Below are positions 45,326 to 54,046 of a stretch of DNA of 64,000 nucleotides, in pieces. Both the position numbers and the translations under genes were made by a program. The number at the start of each line of letters is the position of its first letter. The stretch's first letter is position 1. Source of the stretch: Thermoplasmata archaeon (GTDB lineage Archaea; Thermoplasmatota; Thermoplasmata; Lutacidiplasmatales; UBA184). The notes beneath the pieces are model-generated. The model was not told the DNA's origin. It was given only the letters and a program-made list of their open reading frames with translations, and ran no database searches. Where the stretch lies: NCBI GenBank assembly GCA_035297105.1, contig DATGZO010000012.1, positions 63,822 through 127,821 on the forward strand. Direction: 5' to 3'.

Positions 45326-45442
45326 GGGGGTACTCGAGGTCGGCCGAGACGGGGTGGGGTTTAACCCTTGCGAGATGGCGGGGATGCACGCCACTTGCGT
45401 CCGGGGAAACCCGGGACGGTGGCCCTCCCGGGTCCTCTCGGA

Positions 45443-45462
45443 CAGGCCTATAGCAGGCCCCG
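45443..45462 (+). promoter_or_regulatory. TATA-like element within an inverted repeat (AGGCCTATAGCAGGCC), about 25 bp upstream of the GcvH-TusA start
   Basis: Read directly: GGCCT ... AGGCC arms around CTATAG. Lies in the mat / gcvH-tusA divergent intergenic region. Confidence 0.35.
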
Positions 45463-45476
45463 TACCTCCCCGAGGC

Positions 45477-46175
45477 GTGGAGATCGCGGGATGTCCCCTG
45501 CCTGAGGATCGGTTATACAACCTCGAGCACGACGTCTGGTGGTCCCCCGAGGGTGACACGGCCCGAGTCGGCGTGCTCGGCACCCTCGCGGCCTTTGCCG
45601 GGCCGTTCGTCTCGTTCTCCTTCCGCCCGGTCGAGGGCGTCGTGGCCCGGGGTCGGAGCATCGCGACCGTCGAGAGCATGCGGTACACCGGAGCGGTCCG
45701 GCTCCCGGTGGAAGCCGAGATCCTCGAGAGGAATCCCGCGGTGCGGGAACGCCCCCGGCTCCTGAACGATGCCCCTTACGGCGAGGGATGGGTCGCGCGG
45801 GTCCGACCGACCCAGGCGGACGAGGTGCCGCGGTACCTCGAAACCGCGGCCCAGGTGGCGACCCGTCTCGAAGAACGGATCCGCACCCAGCGGATCCGCT
45901 GCTGGCCCGCCACCCCGGACCTCGAGCTGTACGAGATCGGGATCGAATGTTCCGCCGTGCTCACCATGCTCAACGAGGAGCTCGCCCGGCGACCGCCGGG
46001 GGCCCACATCCTTCTCGTGACCGACGACCCGACCAGCCCGATCGAGATGGTCCGCTGGTCCGACCAGACCGGCTACCCGGTCCTGGCCCGGCGCGACGAG
46101 GGCACGCTCCACCAGTTCCTCGTCCGCAAGGACCCGGATCCGAGGCCCCGCGTGCGACGCGGGTCATCGCTCTGA
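45477..46175 (+). CDS. Fusion protein: glycine-cleavage-H-like lipoyl-carrier domain + TusA-like sulfur-carrier domain
   Basis: N-terminal 'YNLEHDVWW...GVLGTLAAFAGPFVSFSF...ESMRYTGAVRLPVEAEILERN...NDAPYGEGWVARVRPT' follows the GcvH pattern (HEW, lipoyl-Lys region, PYGEGW). C-terminal 'IRCWPATPDLELYE...HILLVTDDPTSPIEMVRWSDQTGYPV' is TusA/SirA-like (CPxP-type Cys). GTG start at 45477 inferred. Confidence 0.55.
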   Translation: MEIAGCPLPEDRLYNLEHDVWWSPEGDTARVGVLGTLAAFAGPFVSFSFRPVEGVVARGRSIATVESMRYTGAVRLPVEAEILERNPAVRERPRLLNDAPYGEGWVARVRPTQADEVPRYLETAAQVATRLEERIRTQRIRCWPATPDLELYEIGIECSAVLTMLNEELARRPPGAHILLVTDDPTSPIEMVRWSDQTGYPVLARRDEGTLHQFLVRKDPDPRPRVRRGSSL

Positions 46176-46232
46176 GCTCGGCCGAGCCAGCACCCCCTTT
46201 GAGGGGGAGGAAAGGGTTCGAACGATCCCGGA

Positions 46233-47090
46233 CTACGGCTTTTCGATCGGGGTCCGGACCAAGTTCCCCCACTCGGTCCACGAGCCGTCGTAATTGCGGA
46301 CGTCGGGGTACCCGAGGAGGTACTTCAGGACGAACCAGGTGTGGCTCGAGCGCTCCCCGATGCGGCAGTACGTGATGACCGGCAGGCTCGAGACGACTCC
46401 CTTGCCCCCGTAGAGGGCCTCCAGCTCCTCGCGCGACTTGAACGTGCCATCCTCCTTGACAGCCTGGGCCCACGGGATGTTCTTCGCGCCGGGGATGTGG
46501 CCTCCGCGCTGCGCGTGCTCGGTCGGGTACTCGGGGGGCGCGGTGATCTCGCCCGAGAACTCCTTCGGCCCGCGGACGTCGACGAGGGCGGATTTCCCGC
46601 CCTTGACCTCGGGGAGAACCTTGCGGACGTCGTCGAGATAGGCGCGCAGCTTGAGATCGGGGTGGCCGGGGACGTACTTCGTGTGGGTCACATGGGGAGC
46701 GTCCTTGGTGAGCGGGCGGTCCTCCGCGATCCACTTCTTGCGCCCGCCGTTGAGGAGCTTCAAGTGCTTCGCCCCGTAGTACGTGAAGACCCAGTAAGCG
46801 AACGCCGCGAACCAGTTGTTGAAGTCGCCGTAGAGGACGACCGTGGTCGCGTCGTCGATGCCGGCCTTACCGAACAGCGAAGCGAAGGCCTCGCTGGAGA
46901 GGATGTCTCGGGCGACCGGGTCGTTGATGTCCTTCCGCCAGTCGAACAGGACCGAGCCCGGGACGTGGGCCAATTCGTAGTTCGCCGCCGGATCGTAATC
47001 CACTTCCACGACCCGGACCTGCGGGTCGTTCAGGTGGGCTGCCAGCCAATCGTTCTCGACCAGGACCTCAGGGTGCGCGTACGCCGCCAT
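46233..47090 (-). CDS. sseA: Thiosulfate / 3-mercaptopyruvate sulfurtransferase (tandem rhodanese)
   Basis: Two rhodanese domains; active-site loop 'CRIGERSSHT' (Cys-containing) in the C-terminal domain. Confidence 0.8.
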   Translation of the reverse strand: MAAYAHPEVLVENDWLAAHLNDPQVRVVEVDYDPAANYELAHVPGSVLFDWRKDINDPVARDILSSEAFASLFGKAGIDDATTVVLYGDFNNWFAAFAYWVFTYYGAKHLKLLNGGRKKWIAEDRPLTKDAPHVTHTKYVPGHPDLKLRAYLDDVRKVLPEVKGGKSALVDVRGPKEFSGEITAPPEYPTEHAQRGGHIPGAKNIPWAQAVKEDGTFKSREELEALYGGKGVVSSLPVITYCRIGERSSHTWFVLKYLLGYPDVRNYDGSWTEWGNLVRTPIEKP

Positions 47091-47220
47091 GTGGGGACTC
47101 CGGCCCCGGCGAGGCGCCGAGGGTTATACCGTTCACGTTCGCCACAATCAGCACCTATTCAGGTCGGTCCCGCGCCGATTTCCTGCGAAATCTGGCGTTT
47201 TGTGCGCGGGATTTGCCAGA

Positions 47221-47538
47221 TCACCCGCGCCGACCGCGCTTCGGTAGGGCCGCGTCGGAGATCTCGATCGTTTCCGGGTCGAAGCCGAGCTTCGCGAGCT
47301 CGTCCCGGATGCGGGTGCGGTGGTCGCCCTGAAGATAGACCTCTCCGTCGACGACGGACCCGCCGGTCGCGAGGCGGTTCTTGAGCGTCCGGGTGGTCTC
47401 CTCGAGGTCGACCCCCGGCGGGAAGCCGGAGATGACCGTCGCGGGCTTGTTGTAACGTCGGGGCTCGGCCCGGACGCGGATCCGGGCGGTCTCTCGGTCG
47501 AGGGCGGAAAGGATCTCATCGAATTCGTCGTTCGGCAT
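47221..47538 (-). CDS. sui1: Translation initiation factor aSUI1 (eIF1 homologue)
   Basis: 'IRVRAEPRRYNKPATVISGF...LKNRLATGGSVVDGEVYLQGDHRTRIRDELAKLGF' matches the SUI1 fold. Start taken at Met 'MPNDEF'. Confidence 0.7.
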   Translation of the reverse strand: MPNDEFDEILSALDRETARIRVRAEPRRYNKPATVISGFPPGVDLEETTRTLKNRLATGGSVVDGEVYLQGDHRTRIRDELAKLGFDPETIEISDAALPKRGRRG

Positions 47539-47700
47539 CGTTAGCTGCTCCTCATGGAACGCCGTACCCCGGCGCCGTATCGAGAAGGAGGAGGGTGGAC
47601 GGCCGCTCGGCCCGACGCGGACCAACGAGCGGCTTCTTGCGGGGGAGCACCGGCGGCTCCATACCCGGCACACCGTATGAACGTTCCGGGGACCCTCGCC

Positions 47701-48483
47701 TCACTGTTCACCCCAACGGTAGAGACGGAGGCAGAGGGCGACTCCGACGACGGCACAGACCGCGAGCAGCCCGGCGTACAGCGCCAGTTGGGCCGGGGTC
47801 GCCGGAGTGAGGCCGAGCGCCCCTTGGGCGAGCAAGGCGGCGTACGTGGTCGGGAGGAACCGGGCGACATCCTGCCAGAGCGGCGGGAGAGACGAAAGGG
47901 GGTAGTACAGCGGCGAGAGCATCCCGAGCATGGTGAACGTGAGGTTCCCGACCGGCCAGATCTCCCGCTGGCTCCGCACCCGGCTCGAGATGGCCATGCC
48001 GACCGCGGAGAACAGGATCCACAGCGTGAACAGGCTCGCGAGCAGCGCGAGCGCCGCGAACGGCGTGAGGGGATGGCCCCGTTCCCCACCGATCCACGCG
48101 AGGAGGACCGTGAGAATGGCGAGCGCCGGTAGCATCGCGATCAGGTTCGAGAACGCGATGCCGAACAGGTAGCGGATCCGGCTGAGCGGGCTCGCGACGA
48201 AGAGGTCCTGGAGCGAGCACTCGATCCGCCAGGTGGCGCTGTCGCCGAGCACCCAGCTGCCGATGTTCTGCATCGTGAACAGCATCGCGCCGACGATCTC
48301 GAGCGGGAGCAGGGAGGGGGGCGAGATCAGCGACAGGAAGTACAGAAAGATGAACGGGAGCAGGACCGGGGTGATCGTCACGGCCGGGTTGCGGCTGATC
48401 CATCGCCACCCGACGAGCGCGAACGCCGGCAGGGCACGCCCCTCGGTCGGGACGTTCGGGAACTGCGCTTCTACGCTCGCCAT
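47701..48483 (-). CDS. ABC-2 type transporter permease
   Basis: Six hydrophobic helices; ABC-2 family pattern. Downstream gene of an ATPase-permease-permease operon. Confidence 0.65.
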   Translation of the reverse strand: MASVEAQFPNVPTEGRALPAFALVGWRWISRNPAVTITPVLLPFIFLYFLSLISPPSLLPLEIVGAMLFTMQNIGSWVLGDSATWRIECSLQDLFVASPLSRIRYLFGIAFSNLIAMLPALAILTVLLAWIGGERGHPLTPFAALALLASLFTLWILFSAVGMAISSRVRSQREIWPVGNLTFTMLGMLSPLYYPLSSLPPLWQDVARFLPTTYAALLAQGALGLTPATPAQLALYAGLLAVCAVVGVALCLRLYRWGEQ

Positions 48484-49248
48484 CTAGTTCCCCCGGACCG
48501 TGCGGCGAGCCCAGAAGACGGCGACCGTGAACACGAGCGCGGTCTCCACGACGAGGCCGAGGGAGGCGAGCCAGAGGTCGCTCGAGGTGAGCGAGGCCGC
48601 CCCGGTCCTAGATTGGATGAGCGCCGCCGCGGCGCTCGGGGGCATGAGGAGGGCGACCGGGCGCAGCGCGGCCGGGAAGAACCCGAACGGGTAGAAGACC
48701 GGTGGCAGAACGCCGAAGACGTTGAAGAACAGGCTCGCGTACGCCCAGATCGCCCGGTTGTCCCGGAAGAACGTCGAGAAGATGTAGCCGGTCGACGCGG
48801 AGAACAGCCAGACGACAGCCGCGAGAGCGATCAGGGCGAGGCTGGTGACGAGGGTGAGGTGACCGACCACGATCGCGAGCCCGCCCAGGAGGGCGACCGG
48901 CGGCAGGTAGACCAGCAGGATCCCGGTCGACATTCCGAGGAAGTACCCCTCCGGGCTGAGCGGGCCGGCCAGGTACAGGTCGGTCGCCTTGTGATCGATC
49001 CGGAGGTACGCGGCCTCGTTGAGGACGCGCTGGCCCATCGTGAACGTCGAGAAGAGGGTCGCGCCGATGAGCGCCACGCCGAGCAGGCCCGGGTTCAGGA
49101 TGTAGACGAAGACGAGGATCACGGACTGGGTGACCATCGAGGTCGCCATCGCGAGCCCTTCGTGGGCCTGCACGAGGGCCTCCGTCCAGAGGAAAGCGGT
49201 GGTGCCCCGAAAGGCGCGGCTCGACCCTTCGGTGGTCTCAATCCTCAT
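48484..49248 (-). CDS. ABC-2 type transporter permease
   Basis: Six hydrophobic helices. Start at 'MRIETTEG' just after the ATPase stop; the N-terminal part of the track ORF is artefact. Confidence 0.6.
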   Translation of the reverse strand: MRIETTEGSSRAFRGTTAFLWTEALVQAHEGLAMATSMVTQSVILVFVYILNPGLLGVALIGATLFSTFTMGQRVLNEAAYLRIDHKATDLYLAGPLSPEGYFLGMSTGILLVYLPPVALLGGLAIVVGHLTLVTSLALIALAAVVWLFSASTGYIFSTFFRDNRAIWAYASLFFNVFGVLPPVFYPFGFFPAALRPVALLMPPSAAAALIQSRTGAASLTSSDLWLASLGLVVETALVFTVAVFWARRTVRGN

Positions 49249-50164
49249 TGATCGACCGTCCCACCACACGGAGGAACGCCTCCTCGAGCGATACCGGCCC
49301 GACGGTCGCGGACAGGTGGGCCTTGACCGTGAGGTCCATGACCTCCCCGAGCCGCTCGGGCGAGACGATGACCGTGAGGACGTTCCCGTCCGAGACGAGC
49401 TCCCCGAACGAACGGAACGCATCTGCGTGAGGGGCCCCGCTCGGCATCGAGACCTTGAGGGTCCCTCCGACCGACCGCTTGAGATCGTCGGCGGTCCCGC
49501 TCACGATGACCCGCCCTCGCTCGACGATGTAGAGCCGGTCGCTGAGCGCCTCCGCCTCGTCCAGGTAGTGCGTCGTGAGGAGGATGGTCGACCCCTTCCG
49601 GGTCAGGTCCCGGAGCGAGGCCCAGACCTCCCGCCGGGCGAACGGGTCCATCCCGATGGTCGGCTCGTCCAGGAACAGGAGGGGCGCTTGGGTCGCGATC
49701 ACGGTCGCGACCATCGTCCGCTGCCGTTGTCCGCCGGAGAGGGTGATCGACAGGCGGCCCGCGATCTCGGTGAGACCCATCCGCTGGAGCGCCTCGGCCG
49801 TACGGTCCTTCGCCGTTTCGCGGGAAAGACCTCGGGCCCGCAAGTACGTGTAGACCTGCTCGCGCGGGGAGAGATGGAAGAACGGCTTCCCCTCCTGCGG
49901 CACGACCGCGATGTACGGTCGGGCCTTCTCCGGATGCTCGTCGACGTCGTAGCCGAAGACCCGGATCGACCCCGAGGTCGGCCGGAGGAGCGTCGAGGCG
50001 ATCCGCAGGAACGTGGTCTTGCCCGCGCCGTTGCGCCCGAGCAGCGCGACCCGCTCGCCGGGATGGACCTTGAGGGAGACCCCCGCGAGCGCTTCCACGG
50101 GCGCGCCGCCCTTCACCGGGTAGGTTTTCCGGAGGTCCTCGCTCCAGAGCGGCTCAGCGCTCAT
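49238..50164 (-). CDS. ABC transporter ATP-binding protein
   Basis: 'LLGRNGAGKTT' Walker A, 'LSGGQRQR' signature, 'LLFLDEPT' Walker B, H-loop 'LLTTH'. Confidence 0.85.
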   Translation of the reverse strand: MSAEPLWSEDLRKTYPVKGGAPVEALAGVSLKVHPGERVALLGRNGAGKTTFLRIASTLLRPTSGSIRVFGYDVDEHPEKARPYIAVVPQEGKPFFHLSPREQVYTYLRARGLSRETAKDRTAEALQRMGLTEIAGRLSITLSGGQRQRTMVATVIATQAPLLFLDEPTIGMDPFARREVWASLRDLTRKGSTILLTTHYLDEAEALSDRLYIVERGRVIVSGTADDLKRSVGGTLKVSMPSGAPHADAFRSFGELVSDGNVLTVIVSPERLGEVMDLTVKAHLSATVGPVSLEEAFLRVVGRSINED

Positions 50165-50230
50165 CGCGCCCCGCTACAGGGGACGGACCGCGAAGGGAGA
50201 CGACGGCCGGTGGCGAACCCGGGAGAACGC

Positions 50231-50626
50231 TCAGTGACCGCAGCCGCACCCGCCGCCGTTCTCCGAATTGCTGCCGCAGGACGTGCATCCGCCCGCCTTG
50301 CCGGCGGCATCCGGCTCGGGAAGAGTGGGGTTGGTGATCTTGAATCCGGACTCCTGGAGCCCTTCGACGTAGTCGATGACCGCCCCGTCCACGAACTTGG
50401 TGCTGGTTGGGTCGACGAGCAGTCGGTAGCCATCGCCCGTGATGACCTCGTCGTCGGCCCGGGGTTTCGCGAACGCGAGTCCGAACTGGACCCCGCTCGC
50501 GCCACCGCCGCAGCAGCTGCCGCCCGACGGTTGGGCGTAGACGCGCACGCCGACTTCGGGGCCCTGGCCCCGGATCAGGGTTCGCACTTGCTGGGACGCG
50601 GCGGGTCGAATCTCTACATGGATCAT
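50231..50626 (-). CDS. HesB/IscA/SufA-family iron-sulfur cluster insertion protein
   Basis: 'GGSCCGGG' and C-terminal 'CGCGH'-type Cys ligands, with the A-type carrier fold pattern 'GYRLLVDPTS'. Confidence 0.65.
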   Translation of the reverse strand: MIHVEIRPAASQQVRTLIRGQGPEVGVRVYAQPSGGSCCGGGASGVQFGLAFAKPRADDEVITGDGYRLLVDPTSTKFVDGAVIDYVEGLQESGFKITNPTLPEPDAAGKAGGCTSCGSNSENGGGCGCGH

Positions 50627-50809
50627 GGTCGTGGCCTCGATGTGACCAGCGAGCCGCGGGGCTTAAGCTCTGCGAAGCGAGCGCAGCTACAATCTCGGCC
50701 TGCGGTATCGGTTTTTCGGAACAGAGCTTCGGTAGCGGAGCGGGATACAAACCGTGCTGAAGTGACTCACGGTAGGTCGGTTGAGTCTCGTCTTGGGGCG
50801 ACAACTTCC

Positions 50810-52564
50810 TCACTGGAGAGGACCGCTGTTCTTGCTGTCCTCGGGAGGCGGGACCTCTTCGGGGAGGGTTGAGATCTCGGGCATCTCCCGGTTCCCGGTG
50901 AACGTCTCTGGTAGCTCGGTGGAGCGGAGCCCGGGTGCCCGCGCCAAGTCCACGGGGGGCAGGTCGGGGTTGCGCTTTCGCCACGGAATCCGCGCCGCCC
51001 CCGCCACCAGTCGGCGCGGGAGGCCCAAGGAAGTGCCGATCCGTCGGACATCCTCCTGGGTCAGTTCGCCGATTCCGGCGAGGACGAAGAAGTAGACCGT
51101 GAACCCGATCAGCACGGCGGCGAACAGCTGGTAGGAGGAGCTCACTGGGAAGAGATGGTAGTGGTTGAGGAGATAGAGGGCCGAAAACGCACCGGCCGCG
51201 CTCGCCGTGATGCCCCCGATAGAGATCGGTCGAATGTGCACCCGGATGAGGGTTTCCATGAAGTAGCTGTTCATCGCCAGGGCGGCGAAGGACGAGGCGA
51301 GAATCGCCACGGAGCCGGCCACGATCCCGGGGTGGATCTGGAGCGGCCCCCAGGGAGGCATCAGGAGCGCGAGCCCGGCGAGGAGGACCATGATCTGGGT
51401 GCTCGTGATGTAAAGCTCGAGACGCTGCCGACCGATCGCGTTGATACTGGACTGGATGATCTGGCTCAGGGCGAGCGGTACGGCACCCACGGCGAGAAGG
51501 GCGAGGGCGAGCGAGCCCTGGTTCGCGACGTTTGTCGTCGCGAATACGTTGAGGAAATTGTAGCGGTAGACCACCAGCGCTACAACCCCCGGGACGAGCA
51601 GCATCGCCGAATACCGGAGCGCCTGCCACGTTCCGGTCCGTATCGCTTCGTACCGCTCCTGCCGATGCAAACCCGCGAAATAGGGGAAGAGCGGAGTCGT
51701 CACCGCCCCCGGCAGCGAGAGGACGAGCACGCGCCACCCGTTGGCGATGAGGAACACGGAGAAGGCGGCGGCGCTCACGCCGATCTTGATCAGGAGCGGG
51801 ACCGTGTTCGTGACGAGGTAGTTCAGCATCAGGCTCGCCATGAGCGGCCAGGCGAAGCGAAACATGCGGGTCGCTTCGGACGAACGCCAACCGGAGAGGT
51901 GCTTCCATACCGCGGGCAGGCTGTATACCGCGGAACTCGCGGCCCCGACCATGTAGGCGAACGTGATCCCGAGGATCGTCGGGTTGTAGTACGCGACGTA
52001 GAACAGGACCGGCAGACGAACGGTCGCCTCGACTAAGGAGGGATACTGCGCCTTGAGCGAGTTGCCCTGGCCGATGAACATCTGGTTGTAGACTGTGGAG
52101 AACGACCAGAAGATGGGCAAGGAGATGAACAGACCGAACGCCTCCAAGTCAACGCCCGGGCTCGCGATCTGGCCACCGGCGATCGAGGTCGGCGCGATGA
52201 CGAAGAGGACCAGTCCTACGACCCCGACCATCGCGGTCCGGGCGAACAAGTACGTGGTCGTGTTGTCGGTCGCGGATTTCCCCCGTGCCAAGAAGTAAGT
52301 GTACGCGGTCCCGAGGCGGAGGTCGCCGATGCCGTTGATGGAAGAGGCGATCAGCAGGAAGAACTGCGCCGTGCCGAGGAGGGCCAGGCCGGAGTTGTTG
52401 ACCCCGAAATGCTTCTGAAGGAGCACGTTGCCGGCGTACCCGATCAGTTGGACGAGGAGACTGACGGCGAAGACCGCGCCAGAACTCAGGGCGAGCGAAA
52501 ACGCCTGCTTCGGGACCGCGACGGGGGGTGCGGTCGCCCCCGTTGCCGGTCCGGAAGCCGCCAC
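50810..52564 (-). CDS. Polysaccharide-biosynthesis / oligosaccharide flippase family (Wzx/MOP superfamily) membrane protein
   Basis: At least 12 TM helices with the PST-family pattern. GTG start at 52564 inferred; the upstream track ORF is artefact. Confidence 0.6.
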   Translation of the reverse strand: MAASGPATGATAPPVAVPKQAFSLALSSGAVFAVSLLVQLIGYAGNVLLQKHFGVNNSGLALLGTAQFFLLIASSINGIGDLRLGTAYTYFLARGKSATDNTTTYLFARTAMVGVVGLVLFVIAPTSIAGGQIASPGVDLEAFGLFISLPIFWSFSTVYNQMFIGQGNSLKAQYPSLVEATVRLPVLFYVAYYNPTILGITFAYMVGAASSAVYSLPAVWKHLSGWRSSEATRMFRFAWPLMASLMLNYLVTNTVPLLIKIGVSAAAFSVFLIANGWRVLVLSLPGAVTTPLFPYFAGLHRQERYEAIRTGTWQALRYSAMLLVPGVVALVVYRYNFLNVFATTNVANQGSLALALLAVGAVPLALSQIIQSSINAIGRQRLELYITSTQIMVLLAGLALLMPPWGPLQIHPGIVAGSVAILASSFAALAMNSYFMETLIRVHIRPISIGGITASAAGAFSALYLLNHYHLFPVSSSYQLFAAVLIGFTVYFFVLAGIGELTQEDVRRIGTSLGLPRRLVAGAARIPWRKRNPDLPPVDLARAPGLRSTELPETFTGNREMPEISTLPEEVPPPEDSKNSGPLQ

Positions 52565-52717
52565 GCGGAGACCCTCCTCCGAATGACGGGGCCCCCCTCT
52601 TATCCCCGCTGGTCCACCCGGCGCAGGGCGTCCTCCGCGCTCCGGGTCCCCGGAGGAGGCGACTAGGGGCAGCGACGGCGGACTCAGGCGACGCTCAGCC
52701 CAGTGGCGGGAGAGGGG

Positions 52718-52878
52718 ATGGGAGCAGGGGGATTTGAACCCCCATATGCGGGTCTCTCCGCGCGCTCCAGTCAATCGTCATGGGGGCGGGAACCGCCCCT
52801 CCGCAGACCCATATCACAGGGGGCTCGAAAGCCACCCTGACTGGAGCCCGCTGGTCTACCAAGTTAGCCTATGCTCCC
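52718..52878 (-). tRNA. Intron-containing tRNA gene (about 161 nt between acceptor ends; anticodon not confidently resolved, GCG/Arg under one model)
   Basis: Minus strand: 5' GGGAGCA pairs with 3' TGCTCCC + A. Canonical T-arm GGGGG-TTCAAAT-CCCCC. About 87 nt more than a mature tRNA lie between the D-region and the T-arm, including the 7-bp hairpin GGGGCGG-TTC-CCGCCCC. Candidate stem TGGGT/ACCCG with loop CTGCGG|A. TATA-like AAGGATATCT about 27 bp upstream. Confidence 0.6.
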
Positions 52879-52993
52879 TCCAGAGTTTCGGAGTGGACCG
52901 ACAAGATATCCTTTGCTGACGGGCACGGCAGCCGTCCTCCCGGGGGGACGGGTTTCGTAACCTTTATGTTCAATTACGTTTGCCGCGAGTACA

Positions 52994-54034
52994 ATGTCAT
53001 TGAATCGTTCGCCCGATGGACCACGGTCCGTCACGGGCACGCTCGTCGTGGTCGCGATCCTGTTGACCGCGGGCGTCGCGGTGATCGCCACTGCCGCCTA
53101 CTACGGGGCCCGCGGAACGACCACGGCCGGGACGGTCACCGTCGTGGATGATCTCGGCCGAACGGTGACGGCGCCGGCCGACGCGAGCCGGGTGGTCGTC
53201 CTCGCGCCGAGCGTAATGGACATCGTCTATCGACTCGGACTCAGGGACCGAGTGGTGGGCGTGGGGTGCACTCCACAACTTTACGGTGGGATGCTGGACG
53301 AGTATTCTCCCAACCAGACCGCGCTCTGGAACCTGACCAGCTCGATGTGCGTGACGGATTTCCCGAACCTGAATACAGAGGAGGTCGCCACTCTCGCTCC
53401 CCAATTGGTCCTCGCGTCCACCCTGACCTCGGCCGGCGACGTGGCGAAGCTCGTCACCACCTACAACCTGCCCGTGGTCCTCTTGGCCCCGTCGACCCTC
53501 GACGGGATCGTCGGCGATGTCAACCTCGTCGCGGAACTGTTCCCCAGCGTCCGCACGGTCGCGACGGCGCTCGACGCGAGCTTGGAGGGGATCCTGGCCA
53601 ATGCAACGGCGTTCGACACCCTCCTCGCGGACAATGGGACCGCGATCCCCTCGGTATTGCTGACCTACTATTTCGACGCGGGGGGGTACTACACGTACGG
53701 GCCGGGTACGTTCGGACAATCGCTCATCGATCTCGCCGACGGCTCGAGCATTTCGGCGGGGGTTCCACTCGAGTACGCCGAGATCAACGCCACCGTGGTG
53801 CTGGCCGACCAGCCGACCGTATTGATCTACGGGACCAGCTGGAACGACCCCTACCTCGTATTGAACGAGACCCCGAGCGCTTGGCCGAGCGCCCCCTACT
53901 GGGGTCAGCTGGACAGCTCCAAGATCCCGATCGACGTGACCCTGCTCACGGAGGCGGCCCCATCGATGCTGCTCGAACTTCCCTGGTTCCTCCACTGGCT
54001 CCACCCGACGCTCGCCCCGGTGCCGACGGGCTGA
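52994..54034 (+). CDS. ABC transporter substrate-binding protein, class-III/type-8 (iron-siderophore/cobalamin BtuF/FhuD-like), membrane-anchored
   Basis: N-terminal TM, then 'TVTAPADASRVVVLAPSVMDIVYRLGLRDRVVGV', typical of the BtuF/FhuD family. Confidence 0.65.
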   Translation: MSLNRSPDGPRSVTGTLVVVAILLTAGVAVIATAAYYGARGTTTAGTVTVVDDLGRTVTAPADASRVVVLAPSVMDIVYRLGLRDRVVGVGCTPQLYGGMLDEYSPNQTALWNLTSSMCVTDFPNLNTEEVATLAPQLVLASTLTSAGDVAKLVTTYNLPVVLLAPSTLDGIVGDVNLVAELFPSVRTVATALDASLEGILANATAFDTLLADNGTAIPSVLLTYYFDAGGYYTYGPGTFGQSLIDLADGSSISAGVPLEYAEINATVVLADQPTVLIYGTSWNDPYLVLNETPSAWPSAPYWGQLDSSKIPIDVTLLTEAAPSMLLELPWFLHWLHPTLAPVPTG

Positions 54035-54046
54035 GCCCGTCGGCCG

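Noticed and set aside
47136-47200. Imperfect inverted repeat ATCTGGC...GCCAGAT between sui1 and the rhodanese gene
   Set aside because: Arms are short and imperfect. It is more simply explained as part of the rhodanese promoter (GGTATAA TATA-like box ~25 bp upstream of its ATG) or a weak terminator for sui1.
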